Shown here one piece after another: positions 24,258 through 38,000 of a stretch of DNA of 64,000 bases (position 1 is its first letter; each line of letters starts with the position of its first letter). The position numbers and the translations under genes are program-made. The notes under the pieces were generated by a model. It worked only from the letters and a program-made list of their open reading frames with translations. It was not told the origin of the DNA and ran no database searches. The DNA comes from Monocercomonoides exilis PA203. Taxonomy: Eukaryota > Protista > Preaxostyla. The stretch lies in assembly GCA_001643675.2 (NCBI GenBank), contig LSRY02000044.1, forward strand, positions 682,001 through 746,000, given 5' to 3'.

Positions 24258-27200
24258 ATGTCTAAATTGGCTGAAAATACAAATTCATTTCCTTTTTTGT
24301 GGAGTTCAAAAGATAGAGCCCAATCAAGACATGCTTTATTTTTAAGAGAAGATGATATGGATTTCCAAAAGCCGGGGATTGATCAATTTCTTCTCAGAAA
24401 AAGAGATGACAAACGTTTTACATTTTTAAAAAATAGACGGAAAACAAACCGAGATAAAAATCTAGTTAACGAAGATTTAAAAAGTAATATATTAGGTTGT
24501 CTTAATGAATTAACATCACCCGTTCCTACCGTTTCAAAGCAAGCTTTAACGTTAATGAAAGAAATGTTTAAAGGTATTTTGCTTTTTTCAATTATAAGTG
24601 TTGAAATTAATTTCATGTTTTCAGATAATGAAAATGCCATAGAAATATTCCTTGATTTTGATGGAGTTTCTGCGATTTCTTCAGTAATTGAAAATACTAC
24701 AGATATATCAATAATTGTGTGCTCGATTTTATATTTAAATTCAAAAATATGTGTTATATTTGTTTATTTTTATTTAAGAATTTATGCATAAAAGTACTGA
24801 GCATTTTATGTATGCATACATCTAGTTCTCATTTATTATAATTATTTTTATTTTTCATTATTTTAATTATAATTGAAATGAATTAACTATTAATATTTAG
24901 GTGTGAAAACATCAAAAGGTTCACGTGCAGTGGGCTTTAGTGGATTAATTCCTCGAGTTCAAAATTACATTCTAAGCTCAATTGACATGGAAGTGCAAAG
25001 TCATGTTTGCAAATTATATAATTTTGAATACATAAATTGCATTCTTTCATTCAGAGTTTGCATTTACTTTCAGCCATTGCCGCAGACAGTGAAGAACTTT
25101 GCAAGATAGTTATTTCAGAAGATCTTATTCAGTTTTGTGTAAAAACAATATTTGATGTATGCAGCGTTAATTCACAACTCTCAAAAAAATATGGATCTTC
25201 AAAAAAAAACATTGAAACATCTTCTCTGAGCACAGTTCAAGCAGCTGAAATTTCAGCATATTATCAAAGTTTGTACGTTATATATTTTTGTATTTTATTT
25301 TGTATGGTATTTTATATTTTTATTAATGTAATATTTTGTAATGAATGGTATTTTGTGAATTTATGCTTCAAATTGTATTATTTGCTGAAGGTCAAATTTT
25401 ACTAAAGAAGAACAATCTGGTGGATGTCAGCATTGAGTATTTGCTGATGACTTTCACTGTGTATAAATCAATGCATAAATTGGATAAAATGAAAACGACT
25501 TATCAGCCATTGATTTGTGCATTGGGATATCTAATTAAGCTCAGCGGAAAACATTTTTATCACGATTCTGTTGCGCTTCTTGGATGCATTTCTATGTTAA
25601 ATTGCACATCTTTAAAAAATGTACGCTTTGCATTAATATTTTTTTAAAGTCAAATTTTTTATTTCACATATATTAAATATTTATATTGTTTTTTTATATC
25701 CATTTATTTATTTACGTTTATGGGTGCATAGAAAATAGCAGATGAAGATATTCTCGGAGAAGTGATAGATATAATGTTGTACCACCAATCTTCCTTCGCA
25801 TCCAATTTTTTCCTGTCATTACTTAATTCATTTGCAGTTTTGGAGCCAAGTAACAGCTTGAAGGTATGAGAAATATTTTGTGAAGTGATTTTGTGATTGA
25901 TCATAGAACTATTGCACCAAAATGAATATATTTTGTAAAAATAAATCAGCGTTTTTTCTTTTTCTTTTTCTTTTTCTTTTTCTCTTTTTAATTTTAATTT
26001 TTATTTTTTCACGTTCGTTTGGATTACTTGAAATTTTTATAATGTTTTCAGAAATACTTCATTTTTCATTTTCATTATCTCTTTTATCACCGTTCACTTA
26101 TAGGATTTATATTCAGACAAATGCTTCTTGCTTCTCCACAACTATCTTCACAGCTCAAACAAGAAAGTTTCTTCATATGCAATTGAGGTCTTGTCAAACC
26201 TGGCTGCTACAAAAAACGCCAAGTGCTCCAAACTGCTTCTGGACTACAAAAGCGCTCTTTTCATCCGCTGTGTCTGTGCTGGCGTTGTTTGCTTGGAAGA
26301 CGACGCTGCGTCGTGTGCAGACTGCATCTCCTTCACACGAGGAAGCAATTCAAGCACGGCAGGCACAGCTTCTTCTTTCTCTATAGCTGCCTCTTCGCCT
26401 GATCTGTACTCTTCTCTTTCCCACCATTTCCTTTCATTCACTGAATACTATCTCGGCTGTGAAAGTGCCGCATTCTTTTTGTTCAATAACGCATGCGACA
26501 CAGCAATTAATGTGTCGACGCTTATTCAATGCAAAGCGCACGTCGCCTTGTGCAATATCCTTCGTTATCTCCATGCAGAGCCTTGCCACAAAGCACTGCT
26601 GACTCTGCGCCATTTCTTTCGCTTTGCTGCGAGAATCGAAGAAGACGAACGAAGTGACATTGAACAGCTGCGCATGGTACTGCGCTGCAACTCAGCTGGA
26701 CGTTCGATTGCAACAGAAAGCGAAGACGGGAGAAAGAGGGAAAACACAAGAGATTGTTCAGAAGAGATGAGTGCGGATGAGGATGATGAGTTGAAGGAAA
26801 AGAAACAAGAGCGTGACGCAAAAAAGTGTTTTGCTGGAGCAACAAGAATGGAAGATGAAGGTAAAACTTCAGCAATGCAACAAGATGTTGAATACGTTTC
26901 TTGCTTCTCATCTTCACAAATACAAAGCATTCACCCTTCATCAAACGTTAATACATTAGCATTATCAAATCCTTCTATTCCATCATCTTCATTGCTTTCT
27001 CCGTTTGTGCCTGCATCTGTCTCTTCTTCTTCTCCTTCTTCTCAATTTCCATCAAGGGATAGTTATCATGGAGCTGTTCAAGCCAAAACTGAGAAGGAAG
27101 AAGAAAATGATTCTGAAAGTTGTAGTGAATCTGATACTTCTTGTTCTTCTTCAAATGCAAGTTGTTGCCATGACTGCAATAATGAGTATGACGATGAAGA

Positions 27201-27558
27201 AGAAGATGATGATAGGGAGAGTGCTAAAAAATGCATGATCGAGTCTGTGAATTTTGGATTAAGAGAAAAAAGTGGTGAGAATGAAAGCGTTCTTGACTTG
27301 CTTCAAACAACGATGCAGAAGTTGCTTAGCGATTTAGAGATCAACGGAAGATGGAGAGAAATAGAAAAGTTTCAATCATCAAAGCACGATACTATTAAAA
27401 ACATTGCAAACGAAATTATGACGAAATATTTGAGTTCCATCTTTGAAAACGATGAAAACGAAGAAAACGAAGAAAAAGAAGAAGGTGAAGATTTGGACGG
27501 AGATCTTATTGTTGATGACATTTCAAACAAGATTAGATGTGGCACAGCAAGTGCCTGA
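24258..27558 (+). CDS. Multi-exon armadillo/HEAT-repeat protein (loosely importin-alpha-like)
   Basis: A series of short + strand coding segments separated by AT-rich GT-AG introns, ending in a 476-aa ORF with helical repeat signatures (AIEVLSNLA, AAFFLFNNA, IEKFQSSKHDTIKNIANEIMTKY). Exact exon limits were not resolved. Confidence 0.6.
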
Positions 27559-28023
27559 CACTTCTATGCTGATGAAATTATGTCTTTTAAGTAATGCAAA
27601 ATTCCATTTAAAGAACATGGATGTAAATTAGATTATACTGCAATGGAAGGTTTCAATGAAACTTTTAAAAAGATTCTTTTAAACGCAAATGTATAGAATT
27701 GATAATAGCGTGATTAGTTCTCATACAAAACAACACATTATTTGAAATATAGCAAACTTTTTTATGAAATAACCATTTATTTTGTATAAACTTTCAAATG
27801 TTTTAAAGTTTTAATGTTGAATCAGTTGAAATTTATAAAAAATAATAATAATGAAATACTTATAAATCTTCAAAGAAATGTCATTGCTAATTTCATTATA
27901 ATGATTTTATTTCAGTAAACATGAAGGTTATTTTTTTAGAAATATTTTTTTGAACATATTTTGTGCTTTGAACCAATTTTTTCAATAAAAATTAAGTAAA
28001 AAAATATGTTTTTTTTTTTTTTC

Positions 28024-28648
28024 GTTAAATTTGAAAGGACTTTTACCAGCCAACCAGGCAACACCTATGAAATCGGGGACATGTTTCAAATAGTTTTCAC
28101 CAAGATCTATCTATTTTTAATATTTTTTAATAAACAAATTTTTCGTAATATTTTTTCTCATTTCATTTTTTAACAACAAGTTAAAAAAAAAATGTAAATT
28201 TCTTTGAAAATATAATGAAATGCTAAAAATAAAAATAGAATATGTGAATTAAACTCTTTCATAATGATGTGTTTTTAAAAATTAAGTTATTCAATTGTCG
28301 ATTTAACATTAACACATCAGAATTTCAAAATTGGAATTACCGATTTTTTCGAGTTGTGACCATTTAGTAACTCAAGATAAACACTTAAAAAATTGGAACA
28401 AAAATCATGATGAAAGAGTTTAATTCACATATTCTATTTTTATTTTTAGCATTTCATTATATTTTCAAAGAAATTTACATTTTTTTTTTAACTTGTTGTT
28501 AAAAAATGAAATGAGAAAAAATATTACGAAAAATTTGTTTATTAAAAAATATTAAAAATAGATAGATCTTGGTGAAAACTATTTGAAACATGTCCCCGAT
28601 TTCATAGGTGTTGCCTGGTTGGCTGGTAAAAGTCCTTTCAAATTTAAC
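28024..28648. mobile_element. Foldback/MITE-like element: 239-bp inverted arms with 147-bp spacer
   Basis: 28024-28262 is the reverse complement of 28410-28648, with no mismatch found by eye. Non-coding; flanked by poly-T on the left and poly-A plus (GA)n on the right. Confidence 0.85.
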
Positions 28649-28657
28649 AGAAAAAAA

Positions 28658-28665
<8 letters not shown>

Positions 28666-28694
<29 letters not shown>
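28666..28694. repeat. (GA)n microsatellite
   Basis: About 14 AG/GA units visible directly. Confidence 0.95.
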
Positions 28695-28697
<3 letters not shown>

Positions 28698-29799
28698 TTT
28701 CTTTATGTGCGGGAAGCAAAAACTCAATACAAACTGTAGTAAAAATGTGTTAAACTTATAAAAAAAGTTTTTTGAAGAACTGAAAGCCAATCAGCGCTTT
28801 TCTGAAGTTGGCAAGCAAAAACAAAAAAATGTTCATGCAAAATATATATATATATATATCATTTTAAAGATGACACGCTGTAAATGCAAATTGGGAAATA
28901 ATGAATTCAACGATTATATAAAAGTATAATATGACCTGCAGAATCAATTTTCTTTTATGAAATTGTTCACAAGCGGATGTTTTCCTAATTCATAGGGACA
29001 CTTGATTCTAATTTCTTTTTTGCATTGAGATTAAAAAACGAATTTTTACACTTTAATAAAACAACAATCAACGAAAAAATACGTATTTGATATTGTATCT
29101 ATTTCAACACAGTAGCTTTGACATTATCACAAAAAGGAGTGTTTTGTTCATCTTTGCATTATATGCAAAAAAGAAAAGATGGATTTCTTTATATTTCACA
29201 TTATGATGATTCTTTTTGATTTCATATTTTTTCCAATCAAAATTATCGAATAAACAAGTTGTCGCAAATACTTGAAATCAGTTTTAGGTTTTTTCAGAAA
29301 TCATTTATGAACTTTTCTGTCTTTCTATTTCCCTTTGTGGAAAATCTATTGGTTTGAGAGAAACCAGGAAGTTCAATGTTTTTAAAATACGAATAAAAAG
29401 GAAATAATTGCAAATTCGATGGCTACCGACTAAATCATCGAAAAAGATTTCAAACCAGATGAGTTTGTTAAATAAAAACTGCTTTGTTTTTAAAAAATAT
29501 TATTAACCTTTTTGAGACCCATTAGAATTTTGTTACAAATTCAAATAAAGATTGCTTTTATACTGAAATATCACAAGAAAATGTTTCACACTGAACTTTT
29601 CGTATTATTGCATCTTCTTGTTTCAATTTATCCCTTCATTTTTTCAAGATTAAATAAATTCAGTCGTTGATCTGATGTATTACAATGGAAACTTCTGAAC
29701 GCATTTTTTCTAATCTCCTCAACCGAATAATTGAGTCATCTGATTACCGCTTGCTTTCATCGCCTTCGAAAAAATATTAGAAATAAAAAAGAAATATTC

Positions 29800-30950
29800 A
29801 GTTTCGTAGAAGACTGAAGTGGGATCGCATGCCATCTCCAATAAAGCTTGGGAAAGGGGAATGGCTGCGTTGAAGGCAAAGCATCAAATTGGTGTATCTG
29901 GTCGGCCTTCGATTGTAGCGAGAAAACAACTTGAAACTGTTGAAAATCAAGCTGTTGCTTTTCTTTCGGTACAAAAAAAAATCAGACAAAAAGACATGCA
30001 TGCTATAGTTATGAAACTTGAATTTTTAATTATCCATCAATTTTGACTTATACAAATTCAGGAGGTTTTGATTTCAGATCGTGAAAGAGGGGAAGAAAGA
30101 AAAGAAGTGAATTCGAAATTTGAATATGATTTGATCTAAAGGAGCGAAGTTCCAATGGAAAGTCTATAAAGACACATAGAAATTGCAAAAATCAACGCGC
30201 AATCTCATGAGACTGCATATGCATGGTTCGAAAAATTGACAACTGCCATTTCATCTAAAAAAACAAGTTCCTCCAATATCTGATATTTTGATAAATCTTC
30301 ATTAAGAATTGGGAATGGAACAGAGAAATTAGTGGTCTGCTAAAAAAATAAAATTCCACCCTCTCCTTCTCAGTTGCCAAAAACAGAAAACGCAACTATT
30401 TGTATATGTGCATGTGCTCACCGATCACATTTTCCTCATATAATGATTTTCCTCCCGAAAAACGATACCACAGAAATTTTCTTTTAGGTCTTTAATTAAT
30501 ATTTCTTTGATAGGTTCATCATCAAATTGAATCACTTCGGATTTGTTAAGATTTATTATGATTTAGAATTTGTTTTCTTTAATTTCCGATAAACTGAAAA
30601 TGTCCCAATCAAAAAGCGACTTTTTTATTAAAAAATCACAGATCTCACGATGATCCAAAAATTCTAGTTTTTGCAGAAAAACCAATATTATTATCGAGTT
30701 TTTCCACCCAAAATGATACACTTTATCCAACCTTGCAACTATTGCGTGCTCTCCAGATTCAGACAAGTTTCACAAAACTCTTTTGTTGCACCCACTCATT
30801 TTTCGACTTCTTCGTATCGTAAAGCTTTGGCTGATGTTTTTCCATAATCTTTATCCGCAACAAATTATTGTTCAGAGAGAAAAACAGCATTTCTGTACAC
30901 AGGAGTTTATCCAGTAGCAGCTGCACATGTGCTTTCTTGTGTGAGCTGTT
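29800..30950 (+). pseudogene. Decayed pogo-like (DDE_1) transposase
   Basis: Fragments ISNKAWERG..IGVSGRPSI, AQSHETAYAWFEKL, YFDKSS, ENATICICACA, IQPC and GVYPV are collinear with the transposase at 61402-62656 (ISRHSLKRA..VGKPGR, FNLDETS, NSTCIVFLTSA, LQPND, GLHPL). Many stops and frameshifts. Confidence 0.65.
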
Positions 30951-32098
30951 CGATTCAAAATATTTTGTGGATCTATATGTGGGAAATAAAACTAGTACCA
31001 ATTATGAGACCACAACAAACAAGTTTTCTACTTAGGGAACAACATGCATTTGAAAGACTATTATATGAAAGCGTGTGACCTATTTATAAAAAATTCTTTT
31101 GATAATAACTGTGCATCAGAAAATCATCCATTCCCAAAAAAAAAATGAATTTCAAAAATAATCACACATATTGATTTAAAAATGATTTATCATATTTTTT
31201 AGTCTCAATGAATAAATGAACGAATCAATCAATCAAACGTCTTATTTCTGTTCATGCATTATTATACAAAATACATAATTTTCATAATCAAAAGCAATGA
31301 TATGGAAAAATCAACCAAAAAGCGGATCAAGGAAATCAAACATTTGAAATGCAAAAAAGAAATTGTGATCGAATTATTGCACTTTTGACAAAAACAAGCA
31401 GCAAAAATAGATTGGCGAAAAAAAAAAGAATAATTGTGAGGAAAATTGACAAAAAAGTCAACGGAATTCCTGAAGATCTCAGCAAAAAAACAAAGACAAA
31501 GACAAAAACAAAATAACAAACAAATAAAAAGAAAGCGAAATGTCAGAAACATAGATAAATAGATGCATACAATAATGTTGAATTGTAATCTTCAAAAAGA
31601 AATATATTTCGATGTGAATAAGAAAGATCAATGCCACAAAAAAATATTTACAGCAATTATCTAAAAAAAAACAAAAAAAAAAAAAAAAAAAGAAAGAAAA
31701 ACAAGATTCATCAATCACCATTCAAAAACAAAAACTGTTTTGCTTGCGAAAAAGTCAAACAAACTGGACAAAACGAAAGCATTCGCATTTCAAACACTCT
31801 CCAAGAAAGATCTTCGTCAATCATCAAATCAAAAATTGTAACTGCATATCAATTCTTGTTGAATCGTTAAACATCAACAAACAAATAAATAAATTAAAGA
31901 ACCTAAAAAATCACAAAAAAAAAAAAAAAAATAAAAATAAAAAAATAAAAAAAAAATACATATTATGACAATAATCATTTTTAAAACTGAATATTTATCC
32001 GATATTAAAAAAAAAAAAAATCACTCTTTAATTTCAATACATAAATAAATCCTTACAAAACACATTGTAAAAAACAAATTACAAAAATAGAGTGAATG

Positions 32099-35000
32099 CT
32101 ATTTGCCATTACGAGCCACCTCTTCCCCAACATCTTCCTTTCCCTCTTCTTTCATCGCTCTCTCCACTTCGCAAATTCCCTGTACTGCCATGTTTCTCAC
32201 TTCACCACAATCACCACGACCACCACCACCATCATCGTATGTTTCCCCTTCCTCAATGATCGAGTCCGAAATCGTCAGAATCGCTGCTCCTGCTGGAAAG
32301 CGTTGAATGAACTCTCGCTTCAAATCTGCCAAGCCCATCCGCTCTGCTGCTTCTCGCGATGTGCAACAACGTACAATTCCTCCCAACGACGATCTCTCAA
32401 TCAAACACATATTCGGCAGCTCCCCTTCTTTTATCTTCCATCCTGCCACCTCTGCCGAATACTCCCCAAACGGAATCTGCAAACTCAGGCACTCCCATAG
32501 CATTATCCCAATCGAGAACACAACTGACTGCCTTGTTGCTTCCATATTCTTGTTCCCCAGCAGCTCTGGCGCCTTCCACCTCAAGCACTCCTTCCAGTTG
32601 TCCGGTTCATCCTCAAACGCCGGAGATGGCACAGACTCTCTATCATCATTGCTCACAGACGAGCAGTCTGATGTGGAGGCTGACGAGATGGATGATGAAT
32701 CAGAGTCATCATCTGATGAACAGTCCGAATGAAGCGCAATGCTGATTACCATCCCTTCCCCAAACAGCACAATATGCGGACTCAGATTCTCCAGAGAGGA
32801 AAGCGGAACTTCCATTTCATCAAATGAGTGGAGTGCCCCATTCGCCACCCAGAACAGAACAAGAGCTGATGTCATCTCTCTCTGTTCAAGACTCTCAATT
32901 TCCATCTCCTTCTTCTCGTTCCGCCCATGCAGCAGCATGAACAGCGAATCTCTCAAGTCCACAATCAGCTTCTCAAATGGAGATGAACAGGCCATCGCAT
33001 CCACCAGATTCGACATCGATGAGGTAGTTGGACTCACATCTTCAATTTGCACATATGAGGTTTCTGTGCCTGTGGATGAGAGGGATAGCGATGGTGATCT
33101 CTTCCTCAACTCTTCAACCTCCTCCTCTTCTTCCTTTTCATCAACCTTCTCCAGTGCCCAATCAGGAATCTTGCCCGAATCCTTTCCAAGAATATATTCA
33201 GTGGAGCCACTCTCAGCCAACAAATACTCTTCTGATTCAGAATGCACCATTGTCTTCACAAACACTCTCTTCTTTGCGTTCTCTTCGTTCTTCTTCTCTG
33301 CTCTCCTCCACTGCTCCTCATGTGACATATCCATCGTCACCATCTCAAACGCCTTCGGATCCTTCTTGATGTTGTCATCAACAATCTCTTTGTATTTTTT
33401 CGCCTCTTCCTTTGCCTTTCTCCACCGAACAACAAAAATTACAAATCCTATTAGAACAACCAATAATATCACAACCAACACAACAACAATGATAATCCAA
33501 TAAGATTTCCCTTCTTTTCCTCCTTCAACAATCCTTTCATCTCCTTTTGCCTTTGATTCAATCTCACTTTTGTTCTTCAGTATAATTGATCCTGTTGATG
33601 CTGGAGATTCTGTGTTTCCAAACAAAATATACATACTCACTTCTATTTCATCTCCATAATTGCTAATGAAATCTTTTGCCACACTTCCCTCAACTTCTCT
33701 TTCTGAAAGGAATCCATTTGAATCAAAATCATGTTTTTCAATCTCTTTCTCTTCTCCAAGACTCTTCACAATTGAAAATGAAAGATTGCATGGAATAAGA
33801 AGCATCCCTTTGAATGTCAGCTTCATTCTGTTTGCTTCTTCTTTTGTTTCCACACTCTCCAACACAGGAATAAAGAATGATGAATCTCTCTCAGAAGCAA
33901 TCCCTTCAAAACTGCACCCTTCATTCAACATCCAAAGTGATGTATTTGGCAAAACTCCATCTCCTCCTTTCAAACTCATCACATTCAATGTTCCTGAATC
34001 TGAGCAGATGATATTTCTTCTCAATGATGGATATCCTTCAATGAATGGATTGTTGTTCTCAAATCTTCCATCATTAACAGTCATTTCCCTTCCACTCATT
34101 GTGATTCCACCTTCTGGTGAATTCGAGATTGTTGTGTCTTTCATCATCACAGAACTCTTCACAACATCCACAAGAGATCCATCCCATTTGCAAATATCTT
34201 CTTCTGTATTTGAATTCTTTTCATTTTTCCCCTTAGAATTCCCATTAAAAATGCAACTGTCCATTTTCACATCCAAACAATCCTCCAATTTCATCAATTT
34301 GCCTTTTGTGGTCTTTGAACTAACTCCACCCATTGTGCAATTTGTCAACTGAATTGTCTTTTTCATTGTCAGGCAAGATATCAATGATTCTTCATTTCCT
34401 TCAACTGAAATGTTTTCTGCGTTGAAATCCTTGGTTGTTAATTGCCCGCATTCCTTTATATTTATCAAAGAAGTTTTTATTGTTGAATTGCTGATCTCAA
34501 ACAGATAAATCACTGATGGAAGTGATGATGATAGATATATTGAAGATTTTTGAAGAATGAGATTTGATATTGTGCATCCATCAAGTTGTAATTCTCCTTT
34601 TCTCATCTGAATGATGTGAAATGGAATGTTTGCATATTCTGCATTTCCTTCTTCATTAGATTGTTTTGAACTGAATGAACAATTTATTATCTCAAGAATT
34701 CCTCCTTCGGGTGATATTAGTGATTCGTGAGAAGAAATGAAATACGAATTAAACACAAAATTCACTCTCACCAACGATACAGTTTCTCTTGTTGAAATCA
34801 AAGAATCCTTTGTTCTTTCAATGTTTGATTTCACTTCAACTTTGCACATTTCTCTGTTCTTCGAACTCAGACTCATCTCCTCCAGATTTATTTCTCTTCC
34901 AATCACACTCTCTTCAACAATGAATATTTGGCTCACATATTCAGATGTCAAATGCACAAGCCCATGCTCAATTGAATAGCATGGAAGATCATTTGTTCCA

Positions 35001-38000
35001 CATTGCTTCTCATTCGATCCATTCACACTGCTCACAATGATTGTGTCACTCTGATGGATCGTAACAAACTCAATCAGATTCGTATCATTAGGATATTCAC
35101 AAGAATCTCCCCCATAGATTGCATTAATTCGTGAGTAATGATTCTCTCGAAGATCAAACTGAAATTGACTTTCATTGATCTGGGATGGGATGTTGAAACA
35201 TTCAATGAAAATGTCATTTCCCACTCTTGCTGTGTTTGAACTGAATTTCATTCCAACAAATGTGAAATTCAAATCCCCTCTTTCCTTTGTTTCCAAATAC
35301 ACTCCTCCTCCTTTCCCTGTGCTGTTGCTGCAGCTGCAATGGCTGATTGTTGAGTCAATCATCTTCATTGATCCAGATGCACCCAATGTGAAGAATATCG
35401 CTCCTCCTTTTTCACTCAATTCTGCTTTGTCTTCTGTGATGTTGCTCGAATTCACAACCAAATAAATTTTATTCTCACTTGCAGATTCCAAAATGCTTGC
35501 TCCATTGTCACTTCTCTTCACTCCTGAAAATGATGAATTGTCAATCTCGATATTTACACATTCTTCATTTATCTTTGTTGGTGTATTGGCTTCTTTGATT
35601 GATAAAATGCATCCTCTGCTTTCATTCAACGATTCCACTCGAACATTCACAAAATGGCAAGTAATTCCAGAATCATGAATGACAAATATGCTGTTTCCAA
35701 CATTGTATAATTCCATCGACAAATCATTCACTTCCACACCACCTCCAATCGCATCCACAAACACACAATCAAATCCATTGTTCACTTCCGCTTCTGAATG
35801 GAATGAACATCCAGTTGCCACCAAATCTCCATTTATATTTGAAATAATTGTTTTAGCAGAGTTGTCAAATCCCGATGCCAGTTGAAGTTGGATATTCGTC
35901 AATTCAAGATGTTCATCATTCACCATGAAATATTCCAGTTGACTTCCAATTGCCTTTTCAAAATTCAATATCGCTTTCACATTCTCTTCTCCCATCTTCA
36001 CACTCTTTTTGATCTGATAATTGGACAAGTTGAATGAATCTTGAATAACTGTCGATCCTTCAATCTGAATTGTTTTCTTTCCATTCCCCTCTTTCATGTT
36101 TTCCATCCCTTTCCACATCGTTTGGCATGGCTCTTCCTCACTTCCACAACGTGCAACATCAAATCCTTCTGATGAGATAAATATCTCAAATGAGCTGTAT
36201 GAAACCAGAAACATGAACAAATCCTTTTCTTCATGAAAATCATCACTTCCCGCAAACAAAGTTTTATCATCTATCATTGATGAATAATCGAAGGCAAATG
36301 TCTCATTTGTCACAGAAGAATTAAAATCCTTTCCCAAAATGAACATGTTCTTCCCATATTCTGCCTCATTCCCATCAAATATCAAATCTCCTGATAATTC
36401 AAATCTTGCATCTGCATCCACCAATGAAAGAAATATCCCTCCTCCTTTCCCTTCACTTCCACTTGTTGATGGTGCACAACACTTTTCAAATCTTGTTGAT
36501 GAGACATACAGTTCAGACGGATTCTCCAATGAAACTAACAGCCCTCCTCCTCTTTTTCCATTCTCTCTCACCTCACATTCAAGGAATGTGCAATTCTCAA
36601 TTCTCATTGTGTTCTTGCTTCCATCAACATTCGAGCTCAAACAAAGGCATCCACCATCTCCTGCTCCTCTCGTGATGTTCTCAAATGATGTATTCTTCAA
36701 TGTGATTGATGAACACTTCTCAATCTGAATTGCTCCACAACTTGGCAGATCACAATTCAAGACTGAACAATTCTTGATTGTGACTGAGCTGTTTGTGGCA
36801 ATCTCAATCAATCCACTCACTTCATTCGTTCCTGTTCGATTCACAACCACTTCATCCATCAGACATTCACAACTTCCATTCACAACAATCACACTTCCCA
36901 CAAATCTCACTTCCCCCACATTCCCTCCACATTTCATCCCAAATATCTCCACTTTCCCTCCACTTGCACTCGCAAACACATAATTCGCAGAATTCACCCC
37001 ATTTCCCATCTTTATCCCGCAATCAGCAAATCTCAATGTCCCTCCTGAAGAATGAACAAATGATGATCGCTCTCCAATCGATCCTCCCAATTCAAATAAT
37101 ATCCCTGTCAATGTTGATGAAACACTGTTCATCACAAGTGCTTCTTGTGTTTTTGTTTCTGTTGCCTCGATTTTTATTCCAACATCTTTGTTGCTCGAAT
37201 CAAACTCATATGGCTGTCCATCCAACTGAACTTCTTCATCAAATGAAAATGTGCTTGTCAGTCTGATCATTCTCTTTGAAATCGGATATCGATATTCACT
37301 CGCTTCCCCAATTGTTCGGCATGGATAATCTTCATATCCACACAGTCTGAATTCACTTCCTTGTTCTCTCCCACTCACATATGCCGGTGATGAAAATGTC
37401 CGAAGAAACACAACAAGTGGAACAATCAGCTCTGGCTTGTTTCTTTCTCTTCCACAAAGTTCATTCAAATCTGCAACTTTAATTCCAATTTCTGGATTGA
37501 ATCCAATTGATGTGCTGTTGATAACAGTTCTCAAATCCTGTGCTTCTTCAAATAAATTCTTCCCTTTCCATGCATTGCACTCACTGAATGTCATGCTCTC
37601 CAATGAAAATGTTCCCATTTGATCGGCAAGTTCAGCAAACATCCCTCCTCCCATTCCTCTCCCTCCATTCTCAACATCCTCTGATGGCACAACGCATCCT
37701 GATAATTTCACTCCTTTCACTCTCAATGTTCCTCCACTTCCAACTGATATCATCATCCCTCCCCCTTTCATTCCATTTCCACCTGAGCATCTTGATGAAA
37801 AATTGCTTTCTTCAATTTTCACATTCCCATTAACCCCCATCCCAACATTCAAACATCCCCCTCCTCCATTTCCACCTGCAACTTCCACCTCCACTCCACT
37901 CACTCTGCTGTTCAAAATCTCCAATTGAACTCCACTTGTCATCGTTATTGGAGATTTCCCATTCATCTTCAGCGTCACTCCACTTTCCATCACAAATCCA

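Noticed and set aside
31260-31970. Lys-rich and Phe-rich ORFs
   Set aside because: Produced by poly-A runs; no evidence of a real gene.
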